From IMG/VR virus record IMGVR_UViG_3300043803_002519: DNA of 64,000 bases; one strand, written 5' to 3'. Positions 1 to 8,516 of this stretch are shown here, piece by piece (within the stretch, counting starts at the first letter, position 1; every line of letters starts with the position of its first letter). The translations under genes and the position numbers were made by a program. The DNA is from a virus. The notes beneath the pieces are model-generated. The model saw only the letters and a list, made by a program, of their open reading frames with translations, ran no database searches and was not told the origin of the DNA.

Positions 1-140
1 GACGGGCGACCGCGCCACGACGGGCGACCGCGCCACGACGGGCGACCGCGCCACGACGGGCGACCGCGCCACGACGGGCGACCGCGCCACGACGGGCGAC
101 CGCGCCACGACGGGCGACCGCGCCACGACGGGCGACCGCG
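1..140. repeat. Perfect 18-bp tandem repeat GACGGGCGACCGCGCCAC: 7 full copies plus a 14-bp partial copy, truncated by the window edge
   Basis: Read directly: copies at 1-18, 19-36 ... 109-126, partial copy 127-140. Non-coding, upstream of the first ORF. Confidence 0.95.
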
Positions 141-230
141 GCGGAGCTCGGGTCCGGGCACAACAAGGAAGGAGCCACGAAGGGCCGCCGGCAGTGGGCG
201 CCGGGCCGCCAGGCCCCAGCGGCCTGAAGG

Positions 231-563
231 ATGTGCTTGCACAAACGATGCAGGGCGTGCTACATGTTCGAAGCACCCGAGGACTACATGACCGACGAGA
301 CCCGCAAGACCCTCATCCAGAGCCTCCGCCGCTGCGCGACTCTGGAAATCACGGCAGCGAAGCTCTACACGGAGTGCGCCCAGGCCTTGCTGGCCGCGCC
401 CGGCGGGGCGTGCGCTGCGGATGCTTCGTCGGCGCTACTGCTCGGCCTGCAGGGACAGGACTCTGTGGGGCGGTCCCGGTGGTGTTCCCAGGCGGCAGAC
501 TCGATGGAAGGGGGGACCGTCGAGTCTGCCGCCTCTCTCCCTGGTGTGGGAGACCTGTCGTGA
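231..563 (+). CDS. Hypothetical Cys-rich protein (110 aa)
   Basis: GAAGGA lies just upstream of the ATG at 231. The stop overlaps the next start (TGATG at 561-565). The peptide looks natural, whereas the competing frame 194.. is R/G/P-rich. Confidence 0.45.
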   Translation: MCLHKRCRACYMFEAPEDYMTDETRKTLIQSLRRCATLEITAAKLYTECAQALLAAPGGACAADASSALLLGLQGQDSVGRSRWCSQAADSMEGGTVESAASLPGVGDLS

Positions 564-1774
564 TGGACAAGGTCGAGAAGCTCAGCGCGGGTGTGGCGAA
601 GATGGAACTGGAGCATCACGCTCGTGGCGAGGTCATCAAGCACCTGCGCGAGGAACGAGCGGACCACCTCGCCACCACCCTCCGCATCCGCACTCTCCTG
701 GCCCCGCTGTTGGGCGTGGACGTGAACAACGAGCCGGCGGACGAGATGGTGGGGCGGTTGGTGGCGCTGTACGCCGCGCGAGACGAGCGCGTCGCCGAGC
801 AGCGCGGTCACGACAAGGGCCTGCTCTGGGCAGCCACCCTCGCGGGCGACTTCGACCCCTTCTCAGAGGACTGGACCGACGAGCAACGTGGCGCTGGTGA
901 GCGCGTGCTCGGGCTGTTCGCGGAGCGCCTGAGGGACGAGTGGACCCGCGCGGTGGGGACGGTGAAGGAGGTGGCCTCGCCTCTGCCAGGCGTCAAGCCG
1001 GTGGTGGACCCGAAGCTGCCCGAGGGGGTGTGGGGGTTCACGAGCCCGGCGATGCCTTCCGGGGGCCGCTGCATCCGTGACGACGGTGTCGATCTCCGCC
1101 AGACGGAGACGGGGTTCGTGGATGGCCGGGCCTACGAAAGCGGTGGGCGCTTTCGGCACTCCATGGGCGGCCCCGTCGTTCACGAGTTCTCCAGCATCGG
1201 GTCGGATACGGCACGCTGCGGCTTCCTGTCTCGCGGCCCGTACACTCCGAGCGCTGGGCCGACGACCTGTCCTGGGTGCCTTGACCCTGACCGCTACTGC
1301 CTCCAGCACGCCCACATGGGGTGGCCGCGCACGTTGAAGGTGGACTGCATTGAGTGTTCGCCCATGCCGCAGGCAGTCGAGAAGTCGATCGACAATGTGA
1401 CGGACCCTCCTGGCATGGCGCCCGTCCAGCCCACCGCGGGCTTCTACCGCGTGTACGACAGCAACCAGACGGGCGCCGAGGAGGCGCTGTACGTCATGGT
1501 GACGAAGGATGGAGAGGTGTGGGGCTACTCGGAGTTCGAAGGGGTGCCCGGCTACCGCACGCTGGGGCGGCCGTGGGTGGCGTTCGCGACGGAGCCAGGC
1601 AACGAGCGGATGCGGTGGATGCCGGACCGAGATCGGGCGGCGGAGAAGGTGGCCCTGCTCGTGACGCTGCGGACGTGGAATCCTCCGCTGGTGCCGGTGC
1701 CCTCGCTCGACGGTGGGCTGACCAACGAAGAGGTGGCCGCCGTTCGCGCGCTGCTGAAGAGGGAGGGAAAGTGA
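563..1774 (+). CDS. Hypothetical protein (403 aa), Cys-rich central region
   Basis: This is the 3' part of ORF 194..1774. The ATG at 563 is coupled to the upstream stop. No motif recognised. Confidence 0.6.
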   Translation: MDKVEKLSAGVAKMELEHHARGEVIKHLREERADHLATTLRIRTLLAPLLGVDVNNEPADEMVGRLVALYAARDERVAEQRGHDKGLLWAATLAGDFDPFSEDWTDEQRGAGERVLGLFAERLRDEWTRAVGTVKEVASPLPGVKPVVDPKLPEGVWGFTSPAMPSGGRCIRDDGVDLRQTETGFVDGRAYESGGRFRHSMGGPVVHEFSSIGSDTARCGFLSRGPYTPSAGPTTCPGCLDPDRYCLQHAHMGWPRTLKVDCIECSPMPQAVEKSIDNVTDPPGMAPVQPTAGFYRVYDSNQTGAEEALYVMVTKDGEVWGYSEFEGVPGYRTLGRPWVAFATEPGNERMRWMPDRDRAAEKVALLVTLRTWNPPLVPVPSLDGGLTNEEVAAVRALLKREGK

Positions 1775-1929
1775 TCGCTCTTCTTCTCCTTCTGGCAGCG
1801 TGTCCTACTCCTCAGGACTACGCGTTCTGCGATACGAAGTGCGCGGCCATCGGGGCATGGCGAGCGGAGGCCGGCGTCTACACGGGCGGCGTTAGGTGCG
1901 GTTGCCTGTTCTCTGTGAGCAGGCCGTGA
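1771..1929 (+). CDS. Small putative lipoprotein (52 aa)
   Basis: GTG start in a GTGA overlap with the upstream stop. N-terminus VIALLLLLAAC has a lipobox-like LAAC. Five further Cys residues. Confidence 0.45.
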   Translation: MIALLLLLAACPTPQDYAFCDTKCAAIGAWRAEAGVYTGGVRCGCLFSVSRP

Positions 1930-2048
1930 GCGGCTACCCCTGGGACACCCTGTTCGGCTGGGAGTTCATCAAGGCGGTGATGGTGTCGCTGTTCATCGGG
2001 GCGGCGGCTGGCGGCGCGGCTGTGTACCTGTTCCTCGGAGGTGGGTGA
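1926..2048 (+). CDS. Single-pass membrane miniprotein (40 aa)
   Basis: GTGA-coupled start. Hydrophobic stretch AVMVSLFIGAAAGGAAVYLFL. Below the ORF-track size cutoff; translated by hand. Confidence 0.4.
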   Translation: MSGYPWDTLFGWEFIKAVMVSLFIGAAAGGAAVYLFLGGG

Positions 2049-2176
2049 TGGGCATGTCCAGTCCGGGTCCGTTCCCTTGGTGGATGGACGTGTTGGTGTT
2101 CCTCATCGAGCGTCCGTGGGCGGCGCTCGTTGGGGTGCTCTGGGCGGTGGGGGTGTGGTGGGGGGTGACGTCGTGA
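2048..2176 (+). CDS. Trp-rich membrane miniprotein (42 aa)
   Basis: TGATG-coupled start. Peptide MGMSSPGPFPWWMDVLVFLIERPWAALVGVLWAVGVWWGVTS, translated by hand. Confidence 0.4.
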   Translation: MGMSSPGPFPWWMDVLVFLIERPWAALVGVLWAVGVWWGVTS

Positions 2177-2283
2177 TCGAGTTCGGCTTCGGCCTCATGG
2201 CAGTCGGCGTCGGCATGGTCATGCTCGCAGCAGGGCTGGGGGCGCTGTGGATGGTGGTGCAGCTCGTGCGGGAGTCACGATGA
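2173..2283 (+). CDS. Membrane miniprotein (36 aa)
   Basis: GTGA-coupled start. Peptide VIEFGFGLMAVGVGMVMLAAGLGALWMVVQLVRESR. This is the 3' part of ORF 2041..2283, whose 5' part looks non-coding. Confidence 0.4.
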   Translation: MIEFGFGLMAVGVGMVMLAAGLGALWMVVQLVRESR

Positions 2284-2555
2284 GTGCTCCATCGGAGTGG
2301 GCGATGAAGCAGGCCGCCAGCTACGCGGCGGTGTCGAGCGCCGTTCGGGCGGTGGGCGTGGTCGAGTTGGCGTACTGCTTGGACAAGGCACGCGAGTACG
2401 GCAACGCAGAGCGCGACGGTGATGTAGAACGGGCCCGCGAGGTCTTGCTGGAGTCGGCGAGGAACTCGACATTGGAGGAGGAGGCGGCGCGGGTGTGTGA
2501 CACGGGCGCTCTGGCATCGCGGTGCGCTTCGTCCATCCGGTCGATGAAGTCGTGA
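2280..2555 (+). CDS. Hypothetical protein (91 aa)
   Basis: ATGA-coupled start inside ORF 2247..2555. Confidence 0.5.
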   Translation: MSAPSEWAMKQAASYAAVSSAVRAVGVVELAYCLDKAREYGNAERDGDVERAREVLLESARNSTLEEEAARVCDTGALASRCASSIRSMKS

Positions 2556-2674
2556 TCGGCTACTACTGCCGTCACTGCGGCACGCCCTACGCTACGGGCG
2601 GCTGTCCGTACTACCTCTGTCCGTCGAAGGTGCGGCTGTCCAACGGAACACTTCTGGAGGTGGAAGGTGCCTGA
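2552..2674 (+). CDS. Zinc-ribbon miniprotein (40 aa)
   Basis: GTGA-coupled start. Contains CRHC...CPYYLC (CxxC + CxxxxC). Confidence 0.4.
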   Translation: MIGYYCRHCGTPYATGGCPYYLCPSKVRLSNGTLLEVEGA

Positions 2675-2876
2675 GACGTGGAAAGCCCAACGCCGGCGCG
2701 AGTTGATGGAGGAGCGTCGCGACCTGCACGAGGAGGCGAAGGCCACCTGCTTCGGCGGGCAAGAGCCTCTGCACTCCTGGCAGGTGGCGATGGCCCTCAA
2801 CACCCAGTCCTTGGATCGCTTGGAGAAGACCGAGAGTCTGTGGGACCACCTGCGCTTGGGGGCGTCCGGTGGCTGA
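2667..2876 (+). CDS. Hypothetical charged protein (69 aa)
   Basis: ORF track; GTG start overlaps the upstream gene by 8 nt. Confidence 0.45.
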   Translation: MPETWKAQRRRELMEERRDLHEEAKATCFGGQEPLHSWQVAMALNTQSLDRLEKTESLWDHLRLGASGG

Positions 2877-3102
2877 CCTCTCCACCATCCAGAAGAGCGC
2901 CTACTTCCCGGCCAACAGCAACACGCTGGACTACTTCATTCGCGACCTGTCCGCGTCCTGCTGGCGCTGCCCGCGTTGCCAAGGCGTCGTGGTCACGGAG
3001 GCCGAGGTACACGACGCCCGCGACCCCGAGGCCCTTGAGTTCGTCGTGAAGCAGGCGGAGCGCCGGCACCGCGACGTGTGCTCCGCACGGCGGGCGCCGT
3101 GA
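2869..3102 (+). CDS. Hypothetical protein with a CWRCPRC motif (77 aa)
   Basis: ORF track; GTG start overlaps the upstream gene. Confidence 0.5.
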   Translation: MADLSTIQKSAYFPANSNTLDYFIRDLSASCWRCPRCQGVVVTEAEVHDARDPEALEFVVKQAERRHRDVCSARRAP

Positions 3103-3449
3103 CCCGCCTCTCCGAGTGCGCCGTCTGCCTCAACAGCGAGGAGATTGCCGTCCTCTGCGGAGACGCCCTCGTTCCGATGGTCGGGCCCGACAACGTGACG
3201 CACGTCTGCTCGAACTGCCTCGCCGACCCCGACATCCAGCCCTGGCGCGCGGTAGTCGACGCTTCCGCGGGGTGCTGCAACCACATCGTCACCGACGACG
3301 GGAACTGCGGGAACGACTCGCTGGCGTACTGCCGGGAGCAGGCCGAGCGGGCAGGCCACACCTTCTGCTTGGAGGTCAACCGCCGGTTCGCTGCGATGAC
3401 GTACTCGGAGCGACGCGCAGTCATTGGGTATGGGGGAGGGGCTCCGTGA
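3099..3449 (+). CDS. Cys-rich hypothetical protein (116 aa)
   Basis: GTGA-coupled start (alternative GTG at 3078). Multiple CxxC-type pairs (CAVC, CSNC, CC..C). Confidence 0.5.
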   Translation: MTRLSECAVCLNSEEIAVLCGDALVPMVGPDNVTHVCSNCLADPDIQPWRAVVDASAGCCNHIVTDDGNCGNDSLAYCREQAERAGHTFCLEVNRRFAAMTYSERRAVIGYGGGAP

Positions 3450-3649
3450 CCCGCACCGCCGCCGCCCTTGCCCGCCTCTCCAAGTACCTGCGGAAGGTGT
3501 TGCCCATCGGCCCCTACGCCCCGAGGCACTGGCTCGACACCGACCGCCGCGGGGAGTGGCTGCTGCCGGTGTGCGTGGCGCTGTGTCTGGCTGCCGTGTA
3601 CGTGCCCCTCTTCCTGCTGTTCCTACGTCTTGGAGACCGCCATGAGTGA
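3446..3649 (+). CDS. Membrane protein (67 aa)
   Basis: GTGA-coupled start. C-terminal TM segment LLPVCVALCLAAVYVPLFLLFL. Confidence 0.45.
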   Translation: MTRTAAALARLSKYLRKVLPIGPYAPRHWLDTDRRGEWLLPVCVALCLAAVYVPLFLLFLRLGDRHE

Positions 3650-3977
3650 CCGCGTGACCTTGCTTCGGCAGGTGTTGGATGACCCAGACCTTCTGTTCTG
3701 TGTCTTGGACTCCGCGGCCCTCCGCCATGTGCGCGTCCTCGGGCCGTGGCGTCGAGACATCAACGACGTGCGGAGCGAGCGCTTCGAGCCCGGCGACGCT
3801 GTGGAGCCCTCCGCGGAGTGCTGTCCCATCGGCAAGGAGTGGTCAGCAGGCGTAGACGGGCAGTACCAGATGTGCCCCAGTCGCCGGGAGGCAGAGGCTT
3901 ATTGCGATGCCGTAGCGACCGCGCGAGGCTACCTCCTGTGCAACGAGGACCTCCGACACAGGGACACCTACCCATGA
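3642..3977 (+). CDS. Hypothetical protein (111 aa)
   Basis: ATG inside ORF 3468..3977, overlapping the upstream gene by 8 nt. Confidence 0.5.
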   Translation: MSDRVTLLRQVLDDPDLLFCVLDSAALRHVRVLGPWRRDINDVRSERFEPGDAVEPSAECCPIGKEWSAGVDGQYQMCPSRREAEAYCDAVATARGYLLCNEDLRHRDTYP

Positions 3978-4132
3978 CCTTCGACCCCTGCCCTCAGTGC
4001 AACGCCACCGGAGTGGTCCATGTCCACACCGTGCCCGTGCGCTGCGGCCTGTGCCAGGGGGCACGGCTGCGTGGAGGTCCGAAGGCCCCGGCCCCAACAC
4101 CGCCCAGCCGCCCCGCTGCCCGACCACATTGA
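3974..4132 (+). CDS. DnaJ-type zinc-finger-like miniprotein (52 aa)
   Basis: ATGA-coupled start. Contains CPQCNATG and CGLCQGAR (two CxxCxGxG-like units). Confidence 0.45.
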   Translation: MTFDPCPQCNATGVVHVHTVPVRCGLCQGARLRGGPKAPAPTPPSRPAARPH

Positions 4133-4261
4133 GCACCTCCTCACCATTGCGACGAGCCTCATGGTGAACCGCGAGGCTCACCCCGACCTGCACCGACTCG
4201 CAGTGTTGGGATGGGAGGCGGAGATGCGGAAGTGCCTGGACGACCTCGTGGAGGATGACGA

Positions 4262-4675
4262 ATGACACCTGATGCACGCAGTGCTACACTGAGGCCTGTG
4301 ACCACAGCCGTTCCCTCTCCCCCCAGCGCATCCGCCGACGCGGCGCTGCACCTCTCCCTCGCCCTCGCGGCGCTGCCGGGCAACCTCGAGCAGAAGGCCG
4401 CGGCGCTGGGTGCTCATCGCACCACCCTGTACCGGTGGACCTCGGGGCGCACCATCCCCCGTGAAGAGGACTGGGCTCTCCTCGCCCGCCTTCTGGACAT
4501 CCCCGTCGCGGTCCTTCGCTACGGCCCCACCCCGGTCCTCCGCAGCTGCCTCCCTGCACCGAAGCCCTCTCGCGAGGAGACCGTCCGCATGACGGGCACC
4601 GTCGGTGAGGTAGCGGCCCGCACGGGGCACAACCGCTCCACCGTCCTGAGGTGGCGGCGTGCCGCACAAGCGTAG
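4262..4675 (+). CDS. DNA-binding protein with two helix-turn-helix-like segments (137 aa)
   Basis: ATGA-coupled start. LEQKAAALGAHRTTLYRWTSGRTIP and TVGEVAARTGHNRSTVLRWRR both look like HTH units. Confidence 0.6.
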   Translation: MTPDARSATLRPVTTAVPSPPSASADAALHLSLALAALPGNLEQKAAALGAHRTTLYRWTSGRTIPREEDWALLARLLDIPVAVLRYGPTPVLRSCLPAPKPSREETVRMTGTVGEVAARTGHNRSTVLRWRRAAQA

Positions 4676-4812
4676 GCCCCGCGGCGAGGGCGTGCCCATC
4701 GTCCTGCCCGGTGTCGTCGTAGCGCCCCTGCGCTACCGAGCCGATACCATGGACGTGCGCGACCCCTCCGGTCGTATCGTCCACCCCCCGTACCCACACC
4801 CGAGAGACACCC

Positions 4813-5412
4813 ATGCCCCGCAAGCCGACGAAGACCCCCGCGACCCCTGACGCACCCGTCGAGCCCGCCGCACCCGTCGAGCCCGCCGCACCCGCGACCA
4901 CCGACATCGCCCTCCTCGACCGGCTCTCGGACCTCGTGACCCCTCAGGACAGCGAGTCGGGCATCGCCGCGCTGTTCCGCACCCTCGACGATTACCGATG
5001 CACCGCCAAGGCCCTCGGCCTGCCGGCGGGGCACTCCCTCTACAATCGCGTGATGTGGGATGCAGAGAACGCCGCGAAGTACCTCGCGAAGGCCGAGCAT
5101 CTCGGCGCTGTGGTGACGCGCATCGGCGTCCTCACCAAGCTCCGATCCGGCGAGGACGTGGTGATGGCGACGGAGCGCGTGGTCGAGTCCGTCAAGGTCG
5201 CCTCGCAGGCCTCCAGCACCCACTTCGTGTTCAACCAGGATGCGGTGAACCCCCCGGCCCCCGTGGAGGTCCCCCTCCCGGCGCCGTCCCTCTCCGACAC
5301 CGACGACCTGTTCATCCGGCGCACGCTCGGCAGCTTGCTCGGCATGGGCCCGAATGAGGCCACCGCCGCGTCCATGGCCAGCATGCTGTCGAAGAAGCTC
5401 CGGGCTCGGTAG
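4813..5412 (+). CDS. Putative terminase small subunit (199 aa)
   Basis: Called from position only: it ends 2 nt before the large terminase. N-terminal APVEPA duplication. Confidence 0.4.
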   Translation: MPRKPTKTPATPDAPVEPAAPVEPAAPATTDIALLDRLSDLVTPQDSESGIAALFRTLDDYRCTAKALGLPAGHSLYNRVMWDAENAAKYLAKAEHLGAVVTRIGVLTKLRSGEDVVMATERVVESVKVASQASSTHFVFNQDAVNPPAPVEVPLPAPSLSDTDDLFIRRTLGSLLGMGPNEATAASMASMLSKKLRAR

Positions 5413-5414
5413 CC

Positions 5415-7598
5415 GTGGCGGCCTCCGCCCAGGTCAGCCCGGCGGAGCAGCGGGCAGCGATTCGGCAGCTGGCGCAGCTGGAGCTCGCCGGCACGGACTT
5501 CTACGAGTTCGTGCGGTACATGTGGCCGGTGCTGCACCCCGCGGCGCCCCTCGTCGATGGCAAGCACCTTCGTGTGGTCTGCACGGCCATCGACCTCCAG
5601 TTGCGGGGCGACCCTCGCTACAAGCGGCTGATGCTGCTGATCCCTCCGGGCTTCAGCAAGTCCATCCTCGCCTCGGTGATGCGGCCGGCGTGGGTGTGGT
5701 TGCACTGGCCGTCCCGGTCGAGCACCTACGTGTCGGGCATGGAGAACCTGGCCGAGCGCGACTCGCGCCGCACCCGCCTGCTCCTGCAGTCCGAAGAGTA
5801 CCAGGCCCTCCAGCAGCACCTCGCGGGCACGACCCCGAGAGCCCCATGCAAGGTGTGTGGCAAGTCGGCGCACCCCGTGTGGGCGTTCGCCGAAGACCAG
5901 AACGTGAAGGTCAACTTCGAGAACACCCTGCGGGGGGTGCGGCAGTGCATCGGCATCAGCAGCAAGTCGACGGGTAAGCGCGGCGACGACATCCTCTTCG
6001 ACGACATCCTCGACGCCCGCGAGGTGCGCGAGGCCTCCCCGCAGCGGCTGCAGGAACTGCTCACCGAGGTCGACGACCAGGCGGGCTACTTCGAGTCCAC
6101 CCGCGTCAACGACCTCCGCACCGCGACCATCACGCTCATCATGCAGCGCCTCTGCGACGGCGACCCCGCGGCCCGGCGCATCGCCGAGGGTGGGTGGAAG
6201 GTCATCTGCCTGCCCATCCAGTTCGACCCCGAGCACCCCAACCGCTGCCCCGAGGACTGGCGCAAGGCCCCTGGGGAGTGGCTGCACCCCCAGCGGTTCG
6301 GCCCCGAAGAGGCGACCTTCGTGAAGCGGAAGCTGGGCGACGAGGCCTTCGCGGCTCAGTACGAGATGCGGGCCCGGCCGAAGCAGGGAACCCTCGTCCG
6401 CCAGGCGTGGGTGGAGCGCTACTACATGGACGCGCCCGAGGCCCTCAAGGCCATCGCCGAGGAGGTGGTCATCGTCATCGACTCGGCGGTGAAGGGCGCG
6501 GCCTCCAACGACCCGGTGTCGATGGCGTGCTGGGCGCTGGTGCACAACCGCAAGTACCTCATCGACCTGGTGAACGAGCGCATGGGCTGGCTGGCCCTGA
6601 AGAACCGCACCCGGTCCTTCCTCAAGCAGCACCCCGAGGCGCGCATCAAGCTCATCGAGGACAAGGCCTCCGGGTCGCAGCTGGCCGAAGAGCTCAAGGA
6701 GGAAGGCGTCTCGGGCGTGGTGCTGTTCAACCCCGGAGTGAAGGACAAGCTGACGCGGTTCAAGATGTGGGCGGTCCCCGACCTTGAGGCGGGTGACGTG
6801 CTGCTCCCCTCACCCGAGCGCTTCCCCTGGGTGCGCGGCTACCAGTCGCGCCTCGTGGCCCTGCGCCCTGGCGGTGGCGACGACGACGACGCGGACACCA
6901 CCGCGATGGTCCTGCACCGGTGGAGCAGTGGTCGGAACGCCCCGGCCCTCGCCCGCGTCGAGGGCGAGCCCGTCCTCCGCGCGGGGCACCTGACGCGCTG
7001 GCAGCGTCGGGACGCCATGGGCTCGTACCGCATGGGGGTGTGCTGCAACTGGTCGCTGAGCAACGCGACGGCGACGTGGGCGGTGGTGGTCGACCATGAC
7101 TCCGGCGTCGAGGTGTCGAAGCTGGTCGTCCCTGAGAACGGCGAAGGCGCGGCCGTCGTCGCCGTGGCCGAGGAGGCGGCGTACTGGGGGGCCACCATCC
7201 GCGTGGGCTCCCTGAACCCCAACATGGCCTTCCGCTTCGCCAAGGAGCTCGCACGCAGGCGCGTGCGCGTGGGGGGCCGGGACGGCAAGTACCTGGCCAC
7301 CGACGGCGAGCGCGCGGTGTGGGGCGCGCGGCAGTCGACGGAACTCTGGGCGGCGCTCGAGCGCGCCGGCCGCGAGCGCATCCTCACCCTGCGCTCCATC
7401 GACCTTGAGAGCGAGGTGGCCGCGGGCTCCATCGACGACACGATGAGCGCCCCGGTGATGGCCCTCGCCCTCGCCGCCGTGGGCTCTCGCGACCCCAAGC
7501 CCCCGCCCGCCGGCGGCCCGCGCCTTCAGATTCTGGGCGCTGGTGGCCCCTCGGGCGATGCGTGGTCGTCGACCGCGACGGTGCCGAGGCGGCAGTGA
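5415..7598 (+). CDS. terL: Terminase large subunit (727 aa)
   Basis: Walker A-like LIPPGFSKS. Acidic GKRGDDILFDDILD. C-terminal nuclease-type acidic motifs VIVIDSAVKG, KLIEDKASG and GGDDDDADTTAM. Size and position fit. Confidence 0.85.
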   Translation: MAASAQVSPAEQRAAIRQLAQLELAGTDFYEFVRYMWPVLHPAAPLVDGKHLRVVCTAIDLQLRGDPRYKRLMLLIPPGFSKSILASVMRPAWVWLHWPSRSSTYVSGMENLAERDSRRTRLLLQSEEYQALQQHLAGTTPRAPCKVCGKSAHPVWAFAEDQNVKVNFENTLRGVRQCIGISSKSTGKRGDDILFDDILDAREVREASPQRLQELLTEVDDQAGYFESTRVNDLRTATITLIMQRLCDGDPAARRIAEGGWKVICLPIQFDPEHPNRCPEDWRKAPGEWLHPQRFGPEEATFVKRKLGDEAFAAQYEMRARPKQGTLVRQAWVERYYMDAPEALKAIAEEVVIVIDSAVKGAASNDPVSMACWALVHNRKYLIDLVNERMGWLALKNRTRSFLKQHPEARIKLIEDKASGSQLAEELKEEGVSGVVLFNPGVKDKLTRFKMWAVPDLEAGDVLLPSPERFPWVRGYQSRLVALRPGGGDDDDADTTAMVLHRWSSGRNAPALARVEGEPVLRAGHLTRWQRRDAMGSYRMGVCCNWSLSNATATWAVVVDHDSGVEVSKLVVPENGEGAAVVAVAEEAAYWGATIRVGSLNPNMAFRFAKELARRRVRVGGRDGKYLATDGERAVWGARQSTELWAALERAGRERILTLRSIDLESEVAAGSIDDTMSAPVMALALAAVGSRDPKPPPAGGPRLQILGAGGPSGDAWSSTATVPRRQ

Positions 7599-7669
7599 CT
7601 GTTCGTTTGATGCACTTCGTGGCGCGTTATTCCGACTGGGTGTAATGTTGTAGCGGAGAGTGCATCCAC

Positions 7670-8488
7670 ATGTCTACCGACTTCGACAAGCTCCTCGACG
7701 ACGACCAGGTCACCGCGCAGCGCCGCGGGCGCGTGGTCGACCCTGCCGCGGACAACGCCCCCGAGTACGTGCGCGACTCGGTGCACATGAAGGAGCTCAT
7801 CTCCGAGGTGCTCGAGCGGTCCAAGCCCCCGGCCGAGGACCTGCAGAAGTGGGCCGCGGCGGGGCACCGCACGGTGGTTCTGCACGAGGGGCCCATGAGC
7901 ATCGAGGGCGTGGTGAGCGCCCCCGAGCGGGTCAGCGTGAACGGATTCAAGTGGATGATCCGCCGGCTCCTCGACAAGGAGAACCTGTCGACGGCCATCT
8001 ACGCTGAGTCCCGCAAGCAGTTCACCGGTCGGTGGGAGGTGGCGGCGTACCGCATCACCGACGTGACGGAGATGAAGCAGGACGTGCGGGTCAGCCGCGC
8101 GAAGATGGAGGGGCTCACGGATGAGATCGTCCCGCTGAACGCCAACCAGACCTTCGACGACTTCCAGTCCCGCAAGGTGGGGTCGCTCAACATCGCGGTG
8201 GTCTGGATTGACGCCGTCAACGGCGAGCCCGTCCGCTACGACGTGCACGGCAAGCCCGTGGACGCCCCGACGGTGGTGGTGAACAACGTGCCCGCCGCGG
8301 CCGCCCCCGCCCAGCCCCCGCAGGTCATCATCATGCAGCCCGGGCAGAACCCCACCGTGGAAGAGCTCGTGGCCATGGTCCAGAACAAGACGCGCATCGA
8401 GACCCCCCCGGCCGCGCCGTCCTCGGCCTCCGTGCGAGAGGAAGCCATCCGCAAGGCCGCCGCTGCGGCCGCGGCGAAGAAGGAGTAG
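7670..8488 (+). CDS. Hypothetical protein between terminase and portal (272 aa)
   Basis: Clean ORF with an intergenic cassette upstream. No motif recognised. Confidence 0.65.
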   Translation: MSTDFDKLLDDDQVTAQRRGRVVDPAADNAPEYVRDSVHMKELISEVLERSKPPAEDLQKWAAAGHRTVVLHEGPMSIEGVVSAPERVSVNGFKWMIRRLLDKENLSTAIYAESRKQFTGRWEVAAYRITDVTEMKQDVRVSRAKMEGLTDEIVPLNANQTFDDFQSRKVGSLNIAVVWIDAVNGEPVRYDVHGKPVDAPTVVVNNVPAAAAPAQPPQVIIMQPGQNPTVEELVAMVQNKTRIETPPAAPSSASVREEAIRKAAAAAAAKKE

Positions 8489-8516
8489 ACTGCGAGGAAT
8501 CGGATAGAGGGCCCCC

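Noticed and set aside
1-140. Tandem array as a CRISPR locus
   Set aside because: The repeats are directly adjacent with no spacers, the unit is only 18 bp, and there are no cas genes other than a phage-type Cas4-like nuclease far away.
194-562. N-terminal extension of ORF 194..1774 (would give 526 aa)
   Set aside because: The first 123 codons are an R/G/P-rich, shadow-frame type sequence. The overlapping frame 231..563 looks natural and ends in a TGATG junction with the ATG at 563.
4128-4265. Small ORF filling the gap between 4132 and 4262 (..HIEHLLTIATSLMVNREAHPDLHRLAVLGWEAEMRKCLDDLVEDDE)
   Set aside because: The in-frame codon at the junction is ATT. The first canonical start (ATG at 4161) gives only 34 aa. 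It is plausible but not supportable.
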